Origin: Nemertoderma westbladi
Taxonomy: Eukaryota; Animalia; Xenacoelomorpha
Assembly: GCA_032718475.1 (NCBI GenBank)
Contig: JAUCBJ010007728.1
Span: forward strand, 142,707 to 206,706
Direction of reading: 5' to 3'
Length of the DNA stretch: 64,000 nucleotides
In this document: positions 25,948-37,000 of the stretch, piece after piece
Position numbering within the stretch: the first letter of the stretch is position 1
Layout of the letters: the number at the start of each line of letters is the position of its first letter
The notes under the pieces: generated by a model
What the model saw: the letters and a program-made list of their open reading frames with translations, nothing else
What the model was told of the DNA's origin: nothing
Database searches by the model: none
Position numbers and translations under genes: made by a program

Positions 25948-26991
25948 TAGGGTAGGTCGATTTTTACTTTTTTTGGATATCTAGATTTTCTCATTGATAA
26001 AAAGTGGCCTTGGGTCCTAAAACTTTGTAGAAACGAAATTTTAACTCCTAAAAATCATGTTTGACCCCTGCACTGGACGTCGTCCAGTTCCCGCCCTAGC
26101 CGCTAGTGAGTCATTTTCCCAATTATTGTGATGATCAACTTCTAGTATTCCTACCGCATTGATATTATGCTCATTAGAACCGCAATGACCGATTTAGTTG
26201 GTGTAGACACCTTCAAAACAAGCATAGAGCGAGTAGTTTTTGAGATATTGCAGAATATGTGAAGTCCGGTACAAGTCAACATTAGCGCCTTGATGCGGTA
26301 TTGACAAATACACTAAAAATGATACTTCTAATTATCTCAAGGCATCCACAATTTACACATAACTGCAGTGATCAATTTAGGGGATGTTGAAACTCTAATA
26401 ATATGAGTTCAGTGATTAGTTCTCGAGTTATTGTACAAAACGTCTGGATTGAGTCAGCTCAATATAAGGTCATTAATTGGTGGACATAACCTTGACATTT
26501 TGTACAATAACTCGAAAACTAATCACTCAATTAATATTTTTAGAGTGTCAACATCCCCTAAATTGATCATTGCAGTTATGTGGGAATTGTGGTTGCCTTG
26601 AGAAAATTAGAATTATAATTTTTAGTGTATTTGTCAATACCGCATCAAGGCGCTAATGTTGACTTGTACCGGACTTCACAAATTCTGCAATATCTTAAAA
26701 AACTACTCGCTCTATGCTTGTTTTGAAGGTGTCTACACCAACTAAATCGGTCATTGCGGTTCTAATGAGCATAATATCAATGCGGTAGGAATACTAGAAG
26801 TTGATCATCACAATAATTGGGAAAATGACTCACTAGCGGCTAGGGCAGGAACTGGACGACGTCCAGTGCAGGGGTCAAACATGATTTTTAGGAGTTAAAA
26901 TTTCGTTTCTACAAAGTTTTAGGACCCAAGGCCACTTTTTATCAATGAGAAAATCTAGATATCCAAAAAAAGTAAAAATCGACCCACCCTA
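25948..26991. mobile_element. Non-autonomous hAT-type palindromic (foldback) MITE, 1044 bp
   Basis: Termini TAGGG...CCCTA and an 8-bp TSD ACCCTTAT (25940-25947, 26992-26999). Near-perfect inverted arms of ~495 bp surround a ~50-bp spacer. The empty site is visible in element A near 10010. Confidence 0.92.
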
Positions 26992-27312
26992 ACCCTTATG
27001 TGTCACATAGGAGCGGGATTTGTAGGTATAAGAAATGGAATTCTACTTGGAACTCACAATATTTAGACAATCCATTTGGATTTGAAAAATTTTTAAAAAA
27101 AAAAAATTTTCTCCAGTGAATAGATTTCAGGGTCCAGTCGGGTGGAACTTAAAATTAGAGAAACAAGAGAGGAAGACTTGCGAGCCTTTCTTAAAATTTT
27201 AATTAAATTTTACACGGTCTTGTTTCAATAAGTTACGTCAAAATAGACTCCCCTATATATTTATTACTAATTCTTGACTGCTTATTTTCTGATAATAGTT
27301 TGGGATCAAAAA

Positions 27313-27520
27313 GTGAGTATTTTAGACTCACAGCCAGTTTAGCCCAAATTCGTTTTTACTTCGGCAAAAAAAAAATTTTAGATAAGAAGCAGCGTGTCAT
27401 TAAAGAAACCCTAGATCTTAGGCTATGGGTAGGAGGTTAGAGCGTTGTCGAGCCCAAAGGGCAGACGAAACTCTCACGTCTCCTCACAACTAACTACAAA
27501 CTCTGTTGTATTCCCTCTAG
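27313..27520 (+). promoter_or_regulatory. Putative intron upstream of ORF3 in B (counterpart in A at 9473-9669, minus)
   Basis: Donor GTGAGTATTTTAGACTC, branch-like CTAAC, pyrimidine tract and TCTAG acceptor are conserved in both elements. Confidence 0.6.
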
Positions 27521-27550
27521 TAGTAATGATTATGTAACTACACCCTAATT

Positions 27551-30500
27551 ATGGAGAAAGGGATACAAGGAGAGCCGAGATGGGGATATGATATCCAAGA
27601 GGAGGCAGCAGCGCCATTCGAAAGATTTGGAGCCAAGGACTACACTATATTTGGTATAAAGGAATTATCGGAAAGTACAGCGAAACTCGCGAGAACTAAA
27701 TATGACTCGAACGTATTAAAGAGAAGGCAAAACGCATTAAACGAAAGAATCGAAAGTTTGCGCCAAACCTTCAACGAACTTTACCCGTACGATGCTTTGT
27801 GTGATACGGGAGACATTAGCGAAGACCCCGATACTGAAATTAGTCGTTTGTATCATACCATGCAATACCTAAAGGCGCACGAACCTATGCCCGTGGTACG
27901 CGATGAATTTGAAGGAATGCATCTTTACAGACGAACTCGAGGGGACGATAGATAAACCAAGGAAGCATTTTCAGTTTATAAACTTTATTATCAATGCGGT
28001 TCTTGTATGCGCGAACAACGAAATGCGATCCCGATGCGTTTGAATAAGGAAAATCCCGAACCGATATTGGCGAGGTGTTCGAATCATCAACAACTACGCT
28101 ACCAGGAAGGAGGGTATCCTTTATCGAATCCATATCATTCATTTGCTATGACCGGACCAAAGGCGGGAGAAACTGTCATTTACCCACCTAAGGTTGTTGA
28201 ACCCGATGTATTTGAACTTACGCTGGACGAGGCGAATCAGTCAACCCGCGAAAAGAAAGAAGCTCTTAGCCTATACAGAGCCTACAAGGCTTTCGAGAAA
28301 GGTGAGATGGAAGAATGGGGTGGAAGACTCGCGAGCCTACCTTGCCATTGGACGTCACACGATCAAACTTCAGCTAAGGAGATGACACCGGAAGTTTTCG
28401 AGAGCATAAACTTTGCTCAAAACGTTATTCAGAGACTACAGATTGCATCCCCGGAGAGGCCAAGAGAAATGCAACCGTATAGTACTTCAACTACGAAACC
28501 ATTGAGTACGACACTCAATTTCCCTATTAGTATACCAGTCCGACAGGATACGACGTACGAAATACCCATCGTGGATCATCCAGAAATCATTTCAAACTTG
28601 GAGTTTCTTCCTGCAGTTGTTTTCAGCGATATGAGTAAGATATATGATTTACGTAGACATATTACTCAAAAGGTCGTGTACAACGTTCCACCTCATATTC
28701 AAGATTTCAAGGAACTGGATAGAGCTGGTGCCGATATAGCTCCGAGTAATCTGAAAGGATATCTAACCAAGACGATTCGTTTATGGATTGGAACCGGAAC
28801 CTTCGAGTCGGATACAGATATTGCCGCAGATTGGCGAGGTAAGGTTATTCGTTTCGATGAGGATAAGGATATAGAGAAGATTTGGCAACCTTCGGAAGAA
28901 TTGTTGGATGAATGGAATAGGACGTTTAGATCGTTTCAGGAAAACGGTTACATGTTTTACGATAACGAGGGCGGCAGTCATCAGCAGAGTTTGACTTCTA
29001 AGACTATACAGATTAGAGCGGCGGACGGAGTCCTGCACGTTTTCAGTAGACAGAGGAGCGACAAACGAATGCCGATACCTCCAGCGAATACAAAGCGACA
29101 CCATCTTATCACCGATATAGTAAAGAAGATGGACCAAGCTTGTAATATTGACGCTAGAATGCTACCGAAGATGGTAAGAAACATGATTTTAGATAAAACT
29201 GTTGTAAAGGTTGGATCAGGAGTAAGGGAGGATTTAATTAGCGACTTCGCCGGCATGACGGACAGCGATGACCGACTACCGACACCTTACGTCGACACTC
29301 GACCTCTTATTCTGTGGTCTATAGAACAGGGATATTTTCGTGAGTATAATACTCAGAAGACTGGAACTGGATACATTTCCTACCTGTTATTCAATTGGGA
29401 TTATAAGGAAGGTAAGAGAAACAAGTATATTGAAACTTATGGAGAAGGTGATACTCCAGATATGAGTGAGTTTGAATCACAGCTTAAATGGAGAGGATGC
29501 GTGTATTGGGCTATTACGTCACCTCCAAGAGCGGTCTTACAATATTATTTAGCAATAGAGTCGTCAGTGAATGTTTGCCTAATCGCCGACATTGTGTCTC
29601 GGACTCTCAAAAGACATCCACTTTGTCTCGGAGAAGATCATACGTTCTACATGGAAGGGAGAATTCGTACCGACGTGTTTAGACGATTCCTTGAACCCTT
29701 CTACAACTCCGACGCTCAGTGTAATGCCTTTACTCGAGCAGGATTTAGTATATTTCGAGACGTGTATCTTCGCTGTGCGGGATCTCTTATCGAAAGACCA
29801 TCTATGTTTACATTGTTACCCTATGAAGGAGAACGTATCGTGGAAATTACGGATGAATCACGGCAGACGCGCGCGCCTATCGGTCACCTTGGTGATGAAT
29901 TCGAAGTAACTACTACGATCGCCGACGATCCTTTAGAGGAACTTCTTGAGATAGAAAGGAACCTCCCGAAGAAATCTCAGACGGAGATTCGACAACTTGA
30001 AGCAACAGATGCTATAGTTTGTATACAACCTTCAGAAACCTACCAACCCATAGACCCAGATGATTACGATTATAGTATGGGAGGAAGCGCTCGACCGATT
30101 GGAGATCTTATATACGAACGAGTGTGGTACCCTGCCAATACGATGTGTAGTAAATGTGGCGTCGCTGGACATCATATGGCAAAGTGCAGTGGAAAGCACA
30201 TTACTACGACTCAGCTAATCTGTGGATGGTGTGGGGATCAAGGGTCTCATACCTTTTATACTTGCTGGAGATTTATGGCTCAATGTACTTATTGCAATAT
30301 AAAGGGACATCGAGCATCTGAATGCCAACTAAGAGACATACCTTATGAACACGAATCTGTAAAACTCGTGAGGAAATTATTTGATGAGTGGGAAGATTTA
30401 GCCGACGAACATGTATCGGCACAAAGAAGACGGTTTCCGATGAGAGCGCATCTCGGATTTTGGGCGGTAAATCCCCAAACGATGATGTCGGAAGGATATA

Positions 30501-31276
30501 TCTCCGCTATGCCCCAATATGACGAACTTATCGAGGTTGTCGATATTTTGCCCCACGACAGCGGATTCCGAGTGGTGCGCGAGTATCTACTACAGATTCA
30601 CCCGGATAACAAAAACACGTGGAATTTTCAGAAAGTCGTTAATCGGATTACGTATGGTGAATTCGATCGTTTCCGAACTGAAAAGCGGAACAAGGGAGCT
30701 TGGTTAACCGTCGCATGGGCGTACCGAGCCGCGTTTTACCACAAACGTATACGAGCGAGCGTATTCGAGGAAGAGGAGGTCCTAGAGGCGACGAATATAC
30801 CAGCCACTCCGGTTGCGCCGTCTGCACGTCACCCTCGGGAGGACGGGCAGGGTAGGATCATACGGGTCCAGAAAGTGGGCCAACAATTAAAGAAAATTAT
30901 TAATGTAGAAGAACGCAAGGGAGTTGAGCCGACCATTCGAGTTACTCGGGATACGGTATCACTTCCAAGAGAACCAGTAGGAGGATCGGGACATACACCA
31001 GCTGATCAACAGGGGGCGCAAGCCACTCTTGGGTCTGCGTCGTCCGCCTTTCGCGCGTTCCCAGACGTTCTACCAACTGTAGTGACGACTGATCGGTCAC
31101 GAGGAATCGGTCGAGGTTTTGGGATGCCAAATAGACGAATTTGCGAGGAAATAGTCGCACCGTCTCTCAACGTCCCAAGTAAACCAGTGACTCGCCCCAT
31201 TAGTCCCATATCGCGAGCAAAGTCACCTGTGCGCAGTTTTCGAGGACGCGGCAGGGCTCGATCCACTAAGCGATAA
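27551..31276 (+). pseudogene. ORF3 of element B: DEDD-type 3'-5' exonuclease-like domain plus three zinc knuckles (1241 codons, one premature stop)
   Basis: 27551-27955 and 28007-31276 are in frame, separated by a single TAA (E in A). Exonuclease-like motifs lie at ~28940-29600. Knuckles CSKCGVAGHHMAKC, CGWCGDQGSHTFYTC and CTYCNIKGHRASEC lie at ~30146-30325. The C-terminus is RG-rich. Confidence 0.82.
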
Positions 31277-31354
31277 AAGGGAGGGCAAGGGTGGACGGAA
31301 GACTCGTGAGCATTTCTTATGATTTTGTGATTTATTTGAATTTATATTTATATT

Positions 31355-31900
31355 TGTGCTTATTCCGAACTTATGCAATTTGTATTGTTCCGAATTTATG
31401 AAATTTAGAAATAAGAACTTATATTTTAGTAAAACTTATATTTAGTAAGACTTATATTTGTAAGAATTTATATTTTATATTTACGTGATTATTTCGAACT
31501 TATGCAATTTATATTATTCCGAACTTATGCAATTTATATTGTTCCGAATATTATGCAATTTATATCTTATAAGCAGTATTTGTATTTACAGTGAAACAGA
31601 AAGTAAGAGTAGATGGAAGACTCGTGGGCCTTTCTTATAGTTTTATTTGTAAAGTGTTATATTTTGTATTTAGAAAGTTTTATAGTCAGAAAATTTTGTG
31701 CTTAGAAAGACTCATATTTGTAATTATTCCAAACTTATGCAATCTACATTTAGGTACGAAAGTATTTGTAATTACTTGAATTTATGCAATATTTGAGATG
31801 CAATAGTAGATGGAAGACTCGCGAGCCTTTCTTATTGTTTTCATTTATTTGTATTTGTAATTGTTTGAATTTATGCAATATTGAGATGCAATAGATTTAT
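31355..31900 (+). repeat. AT-rich short tandem repeats in the 3' UTR of B
   Basis: Multiple TTCCGAACTTATGCAATTTATATT-like units interleaved with copies of the 20-nt palindromic motif. Confidence 0.75.
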
Positions 31901-32252
31901 ATTGGTGAATTTAATTTAGATTTATATTGTACTTACTTAGTAAAGCCTTAAATACGTAAAGTTTGAATTTGTAATTATTTTGTATCGAATCATTACGTAG
32001 AAAGGAAGTATTGTTTGAAATTTAATTGTAAATATGTAAGTACGCCCTAAGTATTCTATAGTTTGATTGATTATTGGTGAAAACCGTATATTTTATGCAC
32101 GATAATATCCTGTTTTCATGGAGCGGTATAGAATTATATTCCCTAAATGCCGTGGATTTTCAAAATTTTATTTTATTCGGATTAACTTTGTAAAGATTGC
32201 TTTGAGTTCTCATTCGTATTGGTTCTATCATTTGTGCACCTATCGGTCAAGT

Positions 32253-32339
32253 GGTTCAGTAGCTCAGTCGGTAGAGCGTTGGAAATTATATGTGTAGTAG
32301 GTATTGAGTTCGAATCCTAGTAAGTGCGAATTATTTTTT
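32253..32339 (+). ncRNA. tRNA-derived/Pol III promoter-like unit in the terminal region of element B
   Basis: A box TAGCTCAGTCGGTAGAGCG, B box GAGTTCGAATCC (32306-32317) and a T6 terminator-like run at 32334-32339. Confidence 0.6.
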
Positions 32340-32343
32340 GTAC

Positions 32344-34032
32344 AGAATTTCAACTCATTTGAATTAACCGCTACAAATTAATTGCATTTGTCTGTACCAA
32401 TGAGACTGTAGTTATTTGATTGTAACCAATGTCGTGCAAGTTATATATTAGCTGGACCAATAGCTATCTTTAAAACCCTGTTAGAACCTATAGAACGATC
32501 GAGAATTTTCTCGATTGATTGCAGCACAAATTTGCTATATAAAGGTGCGATTTGTTCATTAGTTATATATCTACTTACAACAATCTATTATATTAATATT
32601 CACATCTATTCTGTCGTGCTTAGTTTATTTCAGATTACATTGTACATATTATTATAATCTTTTGTAATAAAAGTTAGAAATACTTGTCAATCTCAGCCCT
32701 TTTCTATCTGTTTTACCATGGATTCACTACGGTGAACAAACTTAGGGACAGGATGGCCGGCTAGAGATCGGGCCGCAGCAATGAACGGGAACATCACGGG
32801 AATGTAGACGAGAGACAACCCGCAATACCATCTAGAGTTATTCGCCCATCGCCTGAAAGGTTAGACAGCGTTCGACGCCTTGCTACCTAAGTATAAGACC
32901 AAAGATCAAAAGGTAGACGTAGTGACACGCTGTAAGCCTAAAATTACATCATAGGGACTGTACTGTCTTGATTCAGGAAAAACCGCAGTAGACCTTCATA
33001 TTCCTACGGGGGGGAGGGAGAGAGAGCAGGCAGATACTAGTACGCAGATAGGACGTAGGCACACCGGTACAAGGCATACAATTGGTTAGGGTGCAGCAAA
33101 CTGTACGCTTAACTCTTGCTAAGTACAGGTGTGTGTGCGACTATTTGTAGTACGACAGTGTCCATTGCATTAGAACTTGTAGGCTAGGGGGGTTGCTGTG
33201 TTTTCACCTGAATTGGGATTGTACCGTTCAGGCGGTAGGGCAGTTTACACTAGGCGCAAATAAATTGAGGCTATCAGGGATACTAACATCTACCGTGTCC
33301 CCGCCAACGCCCTAATAGGAAGTTACCCGGACTACCTGGGTGACTAAAATTCTAGATAGGAGCCAGGATAGCTATTAGTACCTGTACGCCTACAGTAGTA
33401 AACTAACACATCTCTTCTTAGTATCAGGGACCTGGTACCTAAAATTGCCGAATTCTGGGCGTAGCATTAACCCTATGCCTGAATTTGAGTCCTGGAAATA
33501 CGCAAGAGGGGAAGGAACCTTATCATTCGTGAGTATTGGACCTACAAGTTACAAAATTAGAATATTCGTAAAATGCACACCGTACCCAGTAATTATATAT
33601 GTGAAGGAGCAAAACTGTTTTGACCGTTCAGAATTAACACACGCGCGTTAGAAATTATTTACACCTCAAAATATATAAAATTAACTTTGTCCGTACTGTG
33701 CTTTGCCCGCTAGTTAGACATCTCCAAATCTCTGCCTGTACCTAGCTAGCGTCTCTTCGCCCAACCATATAAATCACACCGCGGCAAAGTATACGAGCCC
33801 CTTAGTCCGTCAGTGAGTCAGCCTGATTTTAGGATTCGCTGCGCGGGATTTTGTTTTATCGAAGTTTGTCTGCTCGTAGACTGTTTTCTGCCTCACCGGT
33901 TATAAGAGATCGATACTGCAATATATTCGCTTACTTAGAGTTTACTGTTTTGGTGAGAAGGTCGGATTTATGATTTGATTTACAAACTTTACAGTAGGAT
34001 ATTGCAGGTATTGTTACCGTCTCTTCCAATTA
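32344..34032 (+). repeat. 3' LTR segment of B, truncated at the satellite junction
   Basis: Direct repeat of 14780-16374. It ends CCAATTA|ATCTCAGC with no terminal CA. Confidence 0.9.
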
Positions 34033-37000
34033 ATCTCAGCTATTTCATGAACATAATGAAGTATTAAAGCCATGTCAAAATCATTGGTGTTTTTCTGCAA
34101 TAATTTATCAAAATATCCTCTGATTCTTTACTATAACCATATCGATTTTAATATTTATAACTTCTAACCCACTCCACGAGATAGAGAATCGTAAATGAAA
34201 GTCAAAAGAACAGGTAACACTTACATTTATAGCAGTAATCAGCTGTTATATGCTACGTATTTCCGCTGGAGATGAATGAATTTGGATTTTGTCAGAACAC
34301 CCCCTATCTGTGGTTGTATGAGTGGAGAGATAATTAAGTAGCCTATCTCCCAATTAATATTACTGTGTTCTAGAATATTTATTATTGTTTTATCGTATTG
34401 CTAAAGTGGTTGGAGCTAAAGTTATTATGTAATGCAGTAATTCACCTCAAATATCTCAGCTATTTCATGAACATAATGAAGTATTAAAGCCATGTCAAAA
34501 TAATTGGTGTTTTTCTGCAATAATTTATCAAAATATCCTCTGTTTTTTTTCAAAAACCATATATCGATTTTCTTATTTATATATTCTAACCCACTCCACG
34601 AGATAGAGAATCTTAAATGAAAGTCAAAAGAACAGGTAACACTTACATTTATAGAAGTAATAAGCTGTTATTTGCTACGTCTTTCCGCTGGAGATGGTTG
34701 AATTTTGATTGTGTCAGAACACCCCCTATCTATGGCTGTCTGAGTGGAGAGATAAGTAGCTTATCTCCCTATTAATATTGTTGTGTTCTAGAATATTTAT
34801 TATAGTTTCATCGTATTGCTAAAGTGGCTGGAGCTAAAGTTATTATGTAATGCAATAATTCACCTCAAATATCTCAGCTATTTCATGAACATAATGAAGT
34901 ATTAAAGTCATGTCAAAATCATTGGTGTTTTTCTGCAATAATTTATCAAAATATCCTCTGGTTCTTTACTATAACCATATCGATTTTAATATTTATAACT
35001 TCTAACCCACTCCACGAGATAGAGAATCTTAAATGAAAGTCAAAAGAACAGGTAACACTTACATTTATAGCAGTAATCAGCTGTTATATGCTACGTATTT
35101 CCGCTGGAGATGAATGAATTTCGATTGTGTCAGAACACCCCCTATCTGTGGTTGTATGAGAGGAGAGATAAGTAACCTATCTCCCTATAAATATTACTGT
35201 GTTCTAGAATATTTATTATTGTTTCATCAGATTGCTAAAGTGGTTGGAGCTAAAGTTATTATTTAATGCAATAATTCACCTCAAATTTCTCAGCTATTTC
35301 ATGAACATAATGAAGTATTAAAGCCATATCAAAATCATTAGTGTTTTTCTGCAATAATTTATCAAAATATCCTCTGATTTTTTACAACAACCATATCGAT
35401 TTTCATATTTATATCTTCTAACCCACTCCACGAGATAGAGAATCTTAAATGAAAGTCAAAAGAACAGGTAACACTTACATTTTTGGAAGTAATAAGCTGT
35501 TATTTGCTACATCTTTCCGCTGGAGATGGTTGAATTTTGATTGTGTCAGAACACCCCCTATCTATGGCTGTCTGAGTGGAGAGATAAGTAGCCTATCTCC
35601 CTATTCATATTGTTGTGTTCTAGAATATTTATTATTGTTTCATCGTATTGCCAAAGTGACTGGAGCTAAAGTTATTATGTAATGCAATAATTCACCACAA
35701 ATATCTCAGCTATTTCATGAACATAATGAAGTATTAAAGCCATGTCAAAATAATTTGTGTTTTTCTGCAATAATTTATCAAAATATCCTGTTTTTTCAAA
35801 AACCATATCGATTTTCTTATTTATATATTCTAACCCACTCCACGAGATAGAGAATGTTAAATGAAAGTCAAAAGAACAGGTAACACTTACATTTATAGCA
35901 GTAATCAGCTGTTATTTGCTACGTATTTCCGCTGGATATGAATGAATTTTGATTGTATCAGAACACCCCTATAGGTGGTTGTATGAGTGGAGAGATAAGT
36001 ATCCTATCTCCCTATTAATATTGTTGTGTTCTAGAATATTTTTTATGGTTTCATCGTATTGCCAAAGTAACTGGAGTTGAAGTTAACTCATAATACAATG
36101 ATTCACCTCAAATATCTCAGCTATTTCATGAACATAATGAAGTATTAAAGCCATGTCAAAATCATTGGTGTTTTTCTGCAATAATTTATCAAAATATCCT
36201 CTGTTTTTTTTCAAAAACCATATCGATTTTCATATTTTTACCTTCTAACCCACCCCACGAGCTAGAGAATCTTAAATGAAAGTCAAAAGAACAGGTAACA
36301 CTTACATTTATAGCAGTAATCAGCTGTTATATGCTACGTATTTCCGTCTTTCCGCTGGAGATGGTTGAATTTTGATTGTGTCAGAACACCCCCTATCTGT
36401 GGTTGTATGAGTGGAGAGATAAGTATCCTATCTCCCTATTAATATTGTTGTGTTCTAGAATATTTTTTATAGTTTCATCGTATTGCCAAAGTGACTGGAG
36501 CTGAAGTTAACTCATAATACAATAATTCACCTCAAATATCTCAGCTATTTCATGAACATAATGAAGTATTAAAGCCATGTCAAAATCATTGGTGTTTTTC
36601 TGCAATAATTTATCAAAATATCCTCTGTTTTTTTTCAAAAACCATATCGATTTTCTTATTTATATCTTCTAACCCACTCCACGAGATAGAGAATCTTAAA
36701 TGAAATTCAAAAGAACAGGTAACACTTACATTTATGGAAGTAATAAGCTGTTATTTGCTACATCTTTCTGCTGGAGATGGTTGAATTTTGATTGTGTCAG
36801 AACACCCCCTATCTGTGGCTGTCTGAGTGGAGAGATAAGTAGCCTGCCTATCTCCCTATTAATATTGTTATGTTCTAGAATATTTATTATAGTTTCATCG
36901 TATTGCTAAAGTGGCTGGAGCTAAAGTTATTATGTAATGCAATAATTCACCTCAAATATCTCAGCTATTTCATGAAACTAATGAAGTATTAAAGCCATGT

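Larger units (their letters stand above)
14780..34032 (+). mobile_element. BEL/Pao LTR retrotransposon B, ~19 kb, nearly complete, both terminal repeats clipped at their outer ends
   Basis: Direct repeats 14780-16374 and 32344-34032 flank gag-pol (17185-25844) and ORF3 (27551-31276). Confidence 0.93.

Noticed and set aside
18562-27955. In-frame stops as programmed readthrough or an alternative genetic code
   Set aside because: The stops are of mixed type (TAA, TGA). Where A and B can be compared they align to sense codons in the other element, and true ORF ends use the same codons. They are best read as nonsense mutations.
27551-31276. ORF3 as a retroviral-type env
   Set aside because: No evident signal peptide, fusion peptide or transmembrane anchor; it has nuclease-like and zinc-knuckle motifs instead.
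32253-32339. Bona fide tRNA genes here and at 5215-5300
   Set aside because: No convincing acceptor or anticodon stems; only the A and B boxes are retained.
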